This document shows positions 41,760 through 52,252 of a DNA stretch of 64,000 nucleotides, piece by piece; position 1 is the stretch's first letter; every line of letters starts with the position of its first letter. The notes under the pieces were generated by a model. The model was not told where the DNA came from. It was given only the letters and a program-made list of their open reading frames with translations, and made no database searches. The position numbers and the translations under genes were made by a program. Source of the DNA: Prasinococcaceae sp. CCMP 1430 (taxonomy: Eukaryota; Plantae; Prasinodermophyta); NCBI GenBank assembly GCA_013416795.1, contig RQSC01000026.1:383586-447585 (forward strand). The letters are read 5' to 3'.

Positions 41760-43796
41760 TTATTGAGACGACGACAGACCGTCCGAGGCCTCGTGTCCGC
41801 TGCCCTGCGCAGCCTGTCCCCGCGCGCTCGCGCCACCGCCCGCGTCGCTCGAGAGACGGAGCGCCTCCTCGACCTTGTCTTCGACCTTCTCCACCACCTC
41901 CTCCACCACCTCCTCGCCGCGTTCGATTACCTTTTCCAGCTCGTCCAGGCCGGCCTTCGCGCTTCCTCCTCCGGCGCCTCTTCCTGCGGCCTGCTCCTCC
42001 TCCTGCGCCCTTTCGAGGACGCCGGCGATCTCCGCCGCGCGCTCGAGCTCGTTCTCCTTCGCGCGCTTGCGGTGCCGCGAGCTCACTAACGAGGCCTCGA
42101 GCTCAGCTAGCGATTCCGACCGGTCCGCATTCCCCAACTGCTGCTGCATCTGCGCGCTTTGGTCTCGTTGCTGTTTCCGCTCCTGCTCTCCCCCTCGCTG
42201 CTGCTGCTGCTGCTGCTCGTTTTGGTGGCCGTCCTCGCCGCCTTCTCCGGCACTGCCCGCGTCGGTAGCCTCGCCCCCGCCGCCGTCTCCTAGAGCCCCG
42301 CCCTTCACTGTCCCGAGTTCCCCCTTCGTGACCCGGTCCGCTAGCACCTTGGAGGTGTCGTGCCTGTGCATTTCTTTTGCGTATGCCACCACGATCTCCT
42401 CCTCGCCGTAAGATTGCAGGACGGTGCGCGTGCACGCACCCATTGCGATTAGACTACCCACCAGCAGCAGCTGTACCCCTCGCCGAGTGAGCGAATGCCA
42501 GCGCCGGCGCGCTCGGGCGCGGTGGTGCAGCCCCGGCAGCGGCTGGGCAGCCTCAGCGCCGCTGCAGAGGCGCAAGTAGAGTGTGCAGGGCAGTACCTGC
42601 CCCAAGAAGATGGACGCAGTGGCGCCCGTGAGGCCAATGACGTGCTGCAGGTCAGGCATGATGATGCCCGCCGCGCACGCCGCCAAGACTGTTAGGGCCG
42701 TCGAGCCAGAGACCTCACGCCGCCAGCACACCTCATCAGCCCCGCCCCCCCGCATGCGCCCCTTGGCCCCCGAGTCGGATCTGGCCATGTTTGGCCGCCT
42801 GCGCCTCCCGGCTCGTGCCGCGCGCCATCCTTCCGCCAGGCTGCCCCCGGCCGCGCGCAGCGGGATGACAATGAGTGGCGAGCCGAGCACGGCGAAAATT
42901 GCGTAGGCGAACTTGATAAGGCGCTCGAAGTCGCCGTCGCGGCCACGCCCATCAAAGTTGCGAAGTACGTCGCCAGCGGTGCGCGAGCCGAATGCGGAGT
43001 ACCCGCACAGCCCCACGAACAGGTACGCGCCTGCGGAAATGGCCATCGTGCGCTTGACGACGGACGTGATGCGCCCCAGGTTGCCCACGCGTAGCCCCGC
43101 ATAAATGGAGAAGAGCGACGAGTGCGCGTTCAGCGAGAATGCGAGCACTGGCAGCACCTGCATCTGGCGGCCTGCGCGCCAACTCTGGAGCACGGGTACG
43201 GAGGGCGCGGCGGGGTGCGGCATGCCACCCGGGCCGCGCTCGCCGTCGAGGCCGAGACGCACATCGGCTGCGACCGCCGCAACAGCGAACGCAAGCGCCG
43301 CCACTACCCCCACAGCCACCGCACTCGCCTTGGCAGCGCGCTCCGTCGTGCGCAGGACAACGCACATGGGCAGCACGACCAGCACGCCTACGCTCAGCAG
43401 CACGGCCTCGCGCCCGGGCTCGGCTCCCGCGGGCACGACCGAGGTGGCAACTCCTCCGAGCGCGTCGGCGGCGGTGTTCAGGCATGCCACCAACATGCCG
43501 AACTGCAGCAGCAGCACGGTGAGCTCGACCGAGCGACGCCCTGCAGGCCCAAGCGCAGCCTCTGCGACGCCCTCGTACGTCGCGCGACCGCACGCATGCG
43601 CCGTGCGCAGCAGAAGCTGCATCGAAGCTGCGGCGGCGAGCGCCACGGCGAGAGTGAGCGCTGCGGCTTGAGCGTACCCCGCTGCGGCGAACACGTACGG
43701 CATGCCGAGCACGCCCACGCCCAGCACCGACGCCACGAACGTCGCCACCGCCTCGGCCACGCTCGAGCCGCGCGCCGCAGCCGCGCCGCCGTCCAT
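41760..43796 (-). CDS. Amino-acid transporter, AAAP/SLC38 family, with a long acidic C-terminal tail (SLC38A10-like)
   Basis: Motifs VLGVGVLGMPY, TYEGVAEAALG, LPVLAFSLNAH, GYSAFG..GDVLRNF, GLTGATAS; about 10-11 TM helices. Confidence 0.9.
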   Translation of the reverse strand: MDGGAAAARGSSVAEAVATFVASVLGVGVLGMPYVFAAAGYAQAAALTLAVALAAAASMQLLLRTAHACGRATYEGVAEAALGPAGRRSVELTVLLLQFGMLVACLNTAADALGGVATSVVPAGAEPGREAVLLSVGVLVVLPMCVVLRTTERAAKASAVAVGVVAALAFAVAAVAADVRLGLDGERGPGGMPHPAAPSVPVLQSWRAGRQMQVLPVLAFSLNAHSSLFSIYAGLRVGNLGRITSVVKRTMAISAGAYLFVGLCGYSAFGSRTAGDVLRNFDGRGRDGDFERLIKFAYAIFAVLGSPLIVIPLRAAGGSLAEGWRAARAGRRRRPNMARSDSGAKGRMRGGGADEVCWRREVSGSTALTVLAACAAGIIMPDLQHVIGLTGATASIFLGQVLPCTLYLRLCSGAEAAQPLPGLHHRARARRRWHSLTRRGVQLLLVGSLIAMGACTRTVLQSYGEEEIVVAYAKEMHRHDTSKVLADRVTKGELGTVKGGALGDGGGGEATDAGSAGEGGEDGHQNEQQQQQQRGGEQERKQQRDQSAQMQQQLGNADRSESLAELEASLVSSRHRKRAKENELERAAEIAGVLERAQEEEQAAGRGAGGGSAKAGLDELEKVIERGEEVVEEVVEKVEDKVEEALRLSSDAGGGASARGQAAQGSGHEASDGLSSSQ

Positions 43797-44644
43797 CGCG
43801 CCCGCCTCCGCACTGCTGGCTCGGCGCCGCAGCGCGCGCGCGCGGCGCGCCCTGACGCGCGCCGCGTGAACTCGCCGGCTCGCAGGAGCGCGAGGATGCA
43901 CTCGACGCGGACTTGCCGATACGCCCGTACCCTCCCGCGTGGCTGTACGCTGCGCGCTCGCGCAACGGCGCGCAGGGGCTCTTTCGCGAGCTGGCGGCCG
44001 CAAGCGGCCTGGCGTTCGAGCGCGTGGCCGGGCGCGAGGGCGAGGTCGAGGTGTTCCGCGTAACACTTGTTAGATGAGATGGCGAGGGGGGAGGGGGTGG
44101 GTGGGGACGACGTGTGGCGCCTCCAGTACCTACCGGAACCATTTCCCCCCCCCGAAGTCAGAATCGCCCTGCCCGAAATAGAAAACGTCGTTTCGTCAAG
44201 TACAACACATTACGTTCAACCTTGCTCTAAAAACGCGGTTATCCCAACTTGAAAATACGAAATGTTGGAGGACGGCGAGCATGAGACCAAGTGAGAATGT
44301 GGTGGTTTTTTTTTTTTTTGAGCTGGGGGGAATCGATGCTGCAGACCGCGAGCAGTGCGTGCGCCACATCGCGCACGGACGCGCCGCGGCGACGCCTTGC
44401 TGCCGCGCGAGCGCACACCCCTTTCCCCCAACGCCTGCGCGCGGCGGAGTGCCCGCGCCATTCGCCTCACTCCCCCCTGGGGCTCGCGGTGCAACTGCGC
44501 GCGCGCACCGGCCGCGCGCGGCGGAGGGAGCTAGTAGCGCGAGCGCGCCTTGTCGGTGGACTTAGGGTTGGGCCCGCCGTGGCATAAGGGAAGGGGGGGG
44601 GGCAAGAGGGGGGGAGGCTAACGCTGCTGCACACACCTGCCGCC

Positions 44645-45093
44645 ATGGCGGAGCCCAGCTGGATCTACATGTCCGCAGCGCGCCAGATCCACGTCTCGTG
44701 CCACCGTGAGAACGCCAAGTTCCTCGAGTGCAAGCAGAAGGATCCCAATCCGCAGGCCTGCCTCGAAGCGGGCGCGGCGGTCACGTCGTGCGTCGACAAG
44801 GTGCGCGCGGCAGGTGTTGGCGACCGCCGAGAATGTCGCCAATCGGAACCCGCCAGCGCGCGCGCTGACCCCCGGCGCCAATCGCAACCCTCCACGCGCG
44901 CGTCACGCCCGCCACGGCGACCTGCGCACGCGCGCAACAGGTCCTTAAGGCGGTGCGCGCACATGCCCCCAAGCAGTTCGAGGACTACTGCAAGTGCATG
45001 GACTACAACAGCAACCGTGCGGACCGCTGCAGGGAGCAGCAGGCAGCCTTCGACCAAGCGTGCCCTGCGGACATCGCGCTCGACAATAAATGA
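44645..45093 (+). CDS. NDUFA8: Complex I subunit NDUFA8 (twin CX9C), 2 exons
   Basis: SAARQI..CHRENAKFLECK..PQACLEAGAAVTSC|VLK..FEDYCKCMDY..CREQQAAF. Intron 44801-44940. Confidence 0.92.
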
Positions 45094-45256
45094 TTCGCTC
45101 GCGGCGCTACGCCACCGCGTGCGCGGGCGCATCCCTGCCCACCGGCGATTTTTTTTGGCACGACTGTCGCATGTGCACACGCGCAGCACCGCGCAGCAGC
45201 GCGAAGACGCGGCACTCAAGGCCACGGCGTTATTATTTGTGTGTCGTGTGTGTGTT

Positions 45257-45283
45257 GGGGGGGGGGGGGGGGGGGGGGGGGGG
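45257..45283. repeat. Poly-G homopolymer near the single N at 45301
   Basis: Seen directly. Confidence 0.95.
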
Positions 45284-45406
45284 CGCTGGCGCGCGCGAGC
45301 NGGGGGGGGGTAGGGAGGAGACAGGGGGGCGCTTGGTCCTCACGCGGGCGCCACACGCAATCTCCTACCGCCGCAGCTAGTAAATGGCCTCGCGCGCACC
45401 CGAGCA

Positions 45407-45808
45407 CTATTCCTTGGGCGGGGCCACCGTGTCCAGCGCTTTGACGGCATCGAGGATGCTCGCGCGGTTTGTCTCAACGAGAGAGCCACCCATAACCATC
45501 TCTGTAGTGCGAGCACGAGAGACGAGCGCGCGTGCATGTCCATGGGCCACGGGTGCGCGCATCGGCGTGGAGTGCGGGTGGGTGGGTTGGGGGTGGCGTG
45601 GCGTCAAGGAGGGCAGCGGTTGGCGTCAGGGACTGCGCACGGCGTGCATGTGCCACAAGCATACATGCAAAGAGAGATGCAGGCGAGCGCAACCAGACTT
45701 CAACCGCGCGCGCTGCATCCGAATGCAAGCACACGTATGCACGCGTCCGCCTTCCCCCCCCCATACCCCCCCCAATCGATGTATCCGCCGATGAACCCCC
45801 TTCGATTC

Positions 45809-45852
<44 letters not shown>

Positions 45853-46341
45853 ACATGCGCGCTGTCGCGCAGCACGCACCGTCGAGGATCATGTGGGCCT
45901 TCTCAAGCTGGAACATGATGTCGAGCTCGCACACGTTGCCGAAGTACTTGTCCAGCGACTCTACGAGCGCGTGCACAAACTCGAGCACGGCCAGCTCATT
46001 CTCGTCGCCGTCTACGCCCACCAGGAAGAAGAGCGACGCGTATCGACGGTACACCACCTGTGCCGCGTGCGCCCCGTACATGCCCGCGCAGGTCAGCGCG
46101 CCGACTCAAACGCGCGGCGGAGGCGTGCGTGCTCACGCGGAACGCGTAGGCCTTGCGCGGCGCGCGGCCGCACCTTGTATCCGCGGTGCTCGACGAAGGA
46201 GCAGCTGCCGTCAGGCCGCGCGAGGCAGCGCCGCACCATCTCTGACTCGAGCACGCGTCGCTCGGTCGCGGGCAGGTCATCGTAGTACTGCGCGAGCCGC
46301 GTCTGTCCCTGCTTGTTTACGAGCAGCACGAAGCGCAGCAT
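45407..46341 (-). CDS. AP4S1: AP-4 adaptor complex sigma subunit, 3 exons
   Basis: [51 protein letters not shown]. Introns 46173-46058 and 45879-45502. Confidence 0.93.
45811..45850. repeat. Poly-C homopolymer (40 nt) in AP4S1 intron 2
   Basis: Seen directly. Confidence 0.95.
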
Positions 46342-47025
46342 GGCTGGCCGATGCGCCGGATCTCGGGCCTCAGGGCGTGCGTGCGCGTCTCCCCCTCACC
46401 CTCGAGCACCCGCTGCGCTCTCGCCCCCGCCCCCGCTCTCGCAGGATCTGCACGAGCGAGCACGCGAGAGCGCCCCGAGCCCGCTCGCCCGCCCGCCCGC
46501 CCGCCGCCGCGCCACGGCAGAACGGCGGGGTGGCAGGGGCGAGGGCGGGTGAGAAGAGCGCGCGCGCACGCCTGCGGGTGCGTCGCGCAACGTGCGCCGG
46601 AAGGAAGGGGCGCCTGCACGCAGAGCAAGGGCGGGCGCGCGCAGGTGCGGGTGTGGCGCCGCCCGGGCACAACGGCAAACACCCCACACCCCTGTGAACA
46701 AATCTGCTCCCACTGAAGCTCACGCGCGTTTGAAAGGTAGGTCAAAATGCATGCATGCGCGTATACGTTGCGAGGCATTGGTGTTGGTGATGGGAGCGCG
46801 GCAATGCGCTGCGTGTGCACTCGCAGTGGGGAGAGGGGGGGGCGGGGGGGGATCCCCACACCCTGCTCGCCGCGCGCGGGCGGGCCGACGCGCAAGCCCT
46901 GCCGCCCCGGGATCGAGGCACCCGCGAGCGCGCGGCGCCCCGCGAGCGTGGCGGCCGGCCGCCGCCTCGGCGGGGCTGAGGGACGCGGAGCGCGAGGGAG
47001 GGAGGCCGCCCGCCCGCCCGCGGCC

Positions 47026-48393
47026 ATGAAGGTCAAGTGCAAGATCCCCGCCGCGGGCGAGCCCGGCAGGGTGACCTTGACGCCCGAGTGCTCTGAGGAC
47101 ATGTGGCACTGCTACAATCTCGTCGCTGAGGGTGACAGGTGCGTGCGCACGCGCCGGCGCGCGCGCCGGCGCGACGACTGGAATTGCGGCCCGAAGACCT
47201 CCTTCGCTCGATGTTGTTGAAGCAAGCGACCCCCCTCCCGACGCTGACCGGAGCAATCGCGCGGCTCTTCCCATCTGTCGCGCGTGACGCGCAGCGCTCG
47301 CGCGACGACAGTGCGCAAGGTCGTGCGCGAGGACAACTCGGGCAAGACGAGCAGCGAGCGTGTCAAGATGCGCCTGGAGATAGGCATCGAAGAGATCGAC
47401 TACGATGCTGTGTCGGAGACGCTGCGGCTGCGCGGCAAGAATCGCACTGAGTGCGAGCACGTGCGGCTGGGCAGCTACCACACGCTCGAGGTGGAGCTGC
47501 AGCGCGAATTCAGCATATACAAAGACGAGTGGGACTCCATGGCCGTCGAGCGGCTGCGCTCCGCTCTGGACCCGGCAGCGGGCGCGGACCTTGCGGCGGT
47601 GATGATCACCGAAGGACTGGCCAACGTGTGCCTGGTGGGTGGCGCAGTGACCACGGTGCGCGCCAAAGTTGAGTCGTCGCTGCCGCGCAAGAAGGGTGCC
47701 GCAGGCGCCTTCGGCTACGACAGGGCGCTCGAGAAATTCCACCAGAAAGTGCTCGCCGCAGTGGTGAAGAACGTCGACTGGGGGACCATCAAGTGTCTCG
47801 TCGTCGCTGGCCCGGGCTTCGCGCGCGAGCAGTTCGTCGAGTACCTACACGCGGAGGCCGTGCGGCAGAACCTGCGACCGCTGATAGAAAACAAGGGCAA
47901 GATTGTGTCCGCGCACGCGTCGTCGGGCTTCGTGCACTCCCTCAAGGAGGTCCTCTCGGACGAGGCAATCGCATCCCGCATCAAGGACACGCAGGCCGCA
48001 CGCGAAACGCAGGCGCTCGGTGAGTTCATGGAGATGCTCGGGAACGACCCGGACCGCGCCTTCTACGGACCCATACATGTGGCGGCCGCGCATGCACAGG
48101 AGGCTATCAAGACACTGCTCGTGTCCGACGCGCTCTTCCGCGCGAAGGACATCGCTGAGCGCAAGCGCTACGTTGCGCTCGTCGAGGGCGTGCGCGAGGC
48201 CGGCGGCGAGGTGCTCATCTTCAGCAGCGCTCACGTGAGTGGCAAGCAGCTCACACAGCTGAGTGGCGTGGCCGCCGTGCTGCGCTTCCCGCTCCCTGAC
48301 ATCGACGAGCTTGACATGGAGGGTGACATCGTCGAGACGTTCCAGGAGGCGCTTAGGGAGCAGCAGGAGCAGAGCGCTCGGGGCAGGCGCTAG
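47026..48393 (+). CDS. PELO: Pelota/Dom34 ribosome-rescue factor, 2 exons
   Basis: EDMWHCYNL, TTVRKV, LRLRGKN, GSYHTLE, AAVMITEGLA, VVAGPGF, DRAFYG, LLVSDALFR, SGKQLTQLSGVAAVLRFP. Intron 47139-47294. Confidence 0.96.
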
Positions 48394-48670
48394 CCGCAGC
48401 GAGCGCGTGCACGAAACCGGTAATAACAGCTGCGCGCGTTCCCGTCAGGCTCGGCTGTCGCCATCATGCACGCGCGCCTGTCCCTGCATTGAGTAGTTAC
48501 CTTTTTTTTTACGTTGCAGCTGCGTGCTCGGCGCACCGCTCGCGCAACAGCGCGCGGGCGTGGTAGCGCCTCGCCAAAGACAGGTGTCCCCTCACGCGGG
48601 CGCCGCGGGGTGGCGCGCGCCTGGCGAGAACAGACGACCGCCGTCTGTACTACCCTCGATGAGAGGACGT

Positions 48671-49337
48671 TTAGACGATGCTGTTGGCGGCCGAGGCGAT
48701 GCGCGGCCAGAGGTCGGCGCACTCCTTGGCGACCGGGCCCGTGATGGCAGAGCCTGCGCGAAAACAAGGCGAGCGGGGGTGGGGGGTGGGGGGGGGTCAC
48801 GTCAGTGGGCTGCTCCATGTCGAGGTGGTGGGCTCGCCGAGAGGGAGGAGCACACACGCATGCGCTAGCGCTCAGATCCGAAAGATGGTATTTTGGTTTG
48901 TCACCACGGGCCGCTAGGGCCGTAAGGCTGAGTGGCCGGAGGCCATTCTCATCACCACGCCGCGCTGCGCGCCGCTGCGCGCTGCGCCCGGGCGTGCCGC
49001 GCGCACGCACCCTTCATCTCGCCCTTGGCGTTGACGATGACGCCGGCGTTGTCCTCGAAGTAGATGAAGGTGCCGTCCTTCCGGCGGAAGGGCTTGCGCT
49101 GGCGGATGATGACCGCCGGCATGACCTTCTTGCGGAGGTCGGGCTTGCCCTTCTTGACCGTCGCCATCACCATGTCGCCGGCCGAGCCGTGCGGCAGGCG
49201 GTTGAGGCGCGCGCCGGTGCCCGCGACCGCCATGATGTACAGGTTCTTGCCGCCCGAGTTGTCCGCGCAGTTCATGACGCCAGCCACGTTCATGGCCGAA
49301 GACATCTTGAACTTGTTGCCGGCGGCGCCGCCGCGTC
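48671..49337 (-). CDS. RPL23: 60S ribosomal protein uL14 (L23); the first micro-exon (MSKR) is missing at the N join
   Basis: [66 protein letters not shown]. Intron 49010-48754; an upstream acceptor ends at 49338. Confidence 0.97.
48868..48960 (-). ncRNA. Intronic C/D-box snoRNA, snR39B/SNORD2-like (guides LSU rRNA Gm805, yeast numbering)
   Basis: C box GTGATGA (48955-48949) and D box CTGA (48875-48872), with a terminal GCGT/GCGC stem. The guide TACCATCTTTCGG pairs over 13 bp with the conserved LSU rRNA CCGAAAGAUGGUG. The nucleotide 5 upstream of box D pairs with the G of CCG-AAAG. Confidence 0.85.
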
Positions 49338-49408
49338 CTGGGCGTGGCGCGCAGAGGTCGCAGGCGGGGGGAGCCGCGCGCGCGCGTCAGCGAGGCGCTC
49401 CGCGGTGN

Positions 49409-49727
49409 GTGTCCACGAGCACCGGAATCTTGCCGCCCTCCGACGCCGCCGCGATTGCCCTCTCTAGCTGCGAGCTCTTCTCGCCGGCGGCCTCGTTGTA
49501 GCCGCGCGAGTTGAAGAGCATGCCGCAGCAGAGCGAGCCCAGCCCCTCGGGGTACACCACTTCGTAGCCGGCCTTGCGCAGCAGCGAGTTCATGCGCTTG
49601 TGCACCGCGTCGCCGCCCGCGGCCTCGTCGCCGACCGCGGGGCCCATCGTGCGCGTCACGCACGTGGGCAGGTACACCACCTTCTTGCGTGCTGCGCCGT
49701 CGCCGGCGGCCGCCGGCCCCGCGACCA
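49409..49727 (-). pseudogene. Isolated fragment of an Fe-S/CCG-domain D-lactate dehydrogenase (FAD/Fe-S oxidoreductase)
   Basis: KKVVYLPTCVTRTMGP..LLRKAGYEVVYPEGLGSLCCGMLFNSRGY..PVLVDT. It is cut at the single N (49408). There is no ATG and the rest of the gene is not in the window. Confidence 0.7.
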
Positions 49728-50682
49728 AAAACGCAGAAACGACGCCCACTCAAATCCAACAAATCAAGTGCATTCGGACGTGAGAAAACAGATCGCCCGG
49801 TCGAAATGCGAGCAATCCGCGTTTTCGAAGGCGGCGGCGCGGATTTCGATGAGCGGGCGGGCGCGCCCGAACCCAAACTTCGTTCCCGCCGCACGCCGCG
49901 CATTCGGACGCATTTTGAGCTACGAATATTCAATAGGGTCTGTGATACGACGCGAAGAAATGCATATTATCATGGATCTCAATAGTATATTTAGGGTGAG
50001 ATGAGCAGGAGGGGGTGGGGCCAAAAAAAAAAAAAAAGGGGACAGGCGCGTCCGAAAGGCTTTCTAACGTTCGTATGTGTAAGAGGGTCTGCATCACAGC
50101 GCTCAGCTCAGCCCCGCAGTGACAATGATATGAAATAAATGCATTTTTGGTGGATTTTTTTTTGGCTGGAGCGCGGATGGTTGCGGTTTGACCTTAAAGT
50201 TTCCCTCGCTGCTCGAATTTGCTCCTGGTCGCGTCGTGCACCGGATCGGGTGGCAGCGAGTGCGCGCGCGCGCGTGGGGGGGCGCGGGAAGAGGAGCGCC
50301 GGGCCGCGCACGGGGAGGCGCGCGGAGACGCGCGGGTCCCCTCGGCGAGTGGTTTAGAAACTCTCGCAGGCAGGCCACACCGCACGCGGCGCACGCCGGG
50401 GAGTCCGCGCCGGGGCCCGCTCGCGCCCGCCCGTCGCGCGCGCGCGCGTGCGTAGCGGCCCGAGCGCGGGGCACGCCCGTGCGCGGCGCCGGCGGTGCCC
50501 GCGGCCGCGAGGCCCGCGTGGCGCGAGCGTATCGCAAAGAGGAAAGAGTTTGGGTGGTCGAGAAGGGCGTCTCAAGTCCGCGCCGCTTTCCGGCGCCGGC
50601 CTCGAGCCCGCGTCGCTGCAACGGGGGGCGCGTTCCGCGCGTTTCCGCGCGCAGCAGAGGGGGAACACACAGAGGCGCGGCG

Positions 50683-51888
50683 ATGACGCCCGCCGTGTCG
50701 GACGGGGCGGACTACTACGCCGCGTTGGGTCTCACACGTTCGGCCACCGCCGACGCGGTGAGCAACGCGTACCGCACTGCCGCCCTCAAGCATCACCCGG
50801 ACAAGAACGACGGTGACGACAAGGATGTGGAAACAAAGGTGGCCGCTGCCGAGAACTTCGCGTCGGTCGCTGAGGCGTACTACGTGCTGTCCAAGCCCAA
50901 GCTCAAAGCCGTCTACGATCTCAAGGGCGAGGAAGGGCTCAAGGACGCCGGGTTGCTCAGCGATGTAAGTGCCAGCGCCAGCTGCAAACTGTGCGCGCTC
51001 GGGCGTGCGCGTGCGCACGCGCGCGCCCCTCAAGCGCGCCGCGTCGCGCTACGTCTCGCCGCGTTGACGCGCTCCGCCGGCGCGCTCGCTGGCATGCGCT
51101 GACGAACTCGCGCCTGCCCGCATCCGCAGTGGGATGGTGACGCCATGAGTGTGTTCGAGCGCTTCTTCGGTACGGACAACCCCTTTGCAGCGCTCGAAGA
51201 GATCTCCGATGCGATGGAGTCGATGGCGGCCACCCGCAGCGGCATCCGCACCAAGACGGGCAAGGCCAAGGTGTACGCCGTCGAGGCCACCTTCGAGGAG
51301 TGCTTCGCCGGCTGTACCAAGCGCGCGCTACACAAGCGCAAGGTGGTCAAGGAGAACGGTGCGGCCGCGGTGGAGGACGCCGTGCTTACCATCGAAATCA
51401 AGCCCGGCGCGGCGCCCGGCACGCGCTACGTGTTCGAGGGCGCAGGCAACCGCGCTCCCGGCATGGAGCCCGGCCCGGTGGTGTACGTGCTCAAGGCGAC
51501 GCCGCACGCGTCGTTCACGCGCAAGGGTGACGACCTGGTGCACACGGCACGGTTGCCGCTGTACAAGGCGCTCGCGGGTGCCACTCTTGAGCTGTCGGGC
51601 ATCGACGGCGCGGCGCTGTGCGTCTCGGTGGGTGGCGTGGTGAAGCCCGGCGACTGCCAGACGCTGCGTGGCGCGGGGATGCCCACGGCAGGGGGAGGCC
51701 GCGGCGACCTGCACGTGATTTTCGAGGTGGTGTACCCCTCAAGCCTCTCAGTGATCCAGAAGGAGCTGCTCAAGGCGGCCTTCTTCCTGCCCGAAAAAGC
51801 GACTCCCGCGCAGACGGCCGCCGTCGACGCCTTCCTGGGAGCCTTCGCGGACTACAACGCAGGCTGGGCGGGAGGCTTCAAGATGTGA
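50683..51888 (+). CDS. DNAJB13: Radial-spoke HSP40 (RSP16/DNAJB13), 2 exons
   Basis: J domain with HPD; VFERFFGTDNPF, KVYAVEATFEECFAGC.K...HKRKV, EGAGN...EPGPVVYVL, QKELLKAAFFLP, as in Chlamydomonas RSP16. Intron 50965-51129. TGTAA at 51923. Confidence 0.88.
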
Positions 51889-52252
51889 GGCAACGTAGAC
51901 GCGTACGGCACGCGACGGCCCTTGTAAAGAACGACAGAAACTGCCTTCAATACGACTGCGAGACTCGCGCGAGGGCCGCGCAGGCCCACGGCTGTCGGCG
52001 TCGGAGAGCATACAATCCAATCTGGTCTTAATGAGTACATACAGAGGATGAGTCTATGACCGTCGGGCTGTTGCGACGACAGCGTGGGGGCGCCAGACCG
52101 GCGTTGGCGCGCTCCCAAATGTGCTATAATCGTACAATGGGCGCGTTGTGCGCGCGCTTGCGCTGCAATGTGGCGCGGCCGATGCACCGCGGCTGTCAGC
52201 CAGCGGGTGCCCGCGCAAACACCTCCGAGGTGCGGTTGCGCGCTGCCGGCGC

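Noticed and set aside
49937-49948. 12-nt match to conserved 18S rRNA (GGTCTGTGAT)
   Set aside because: There are no proper C/D boxes at the correct spacing, and matches of this length are expected by chance.
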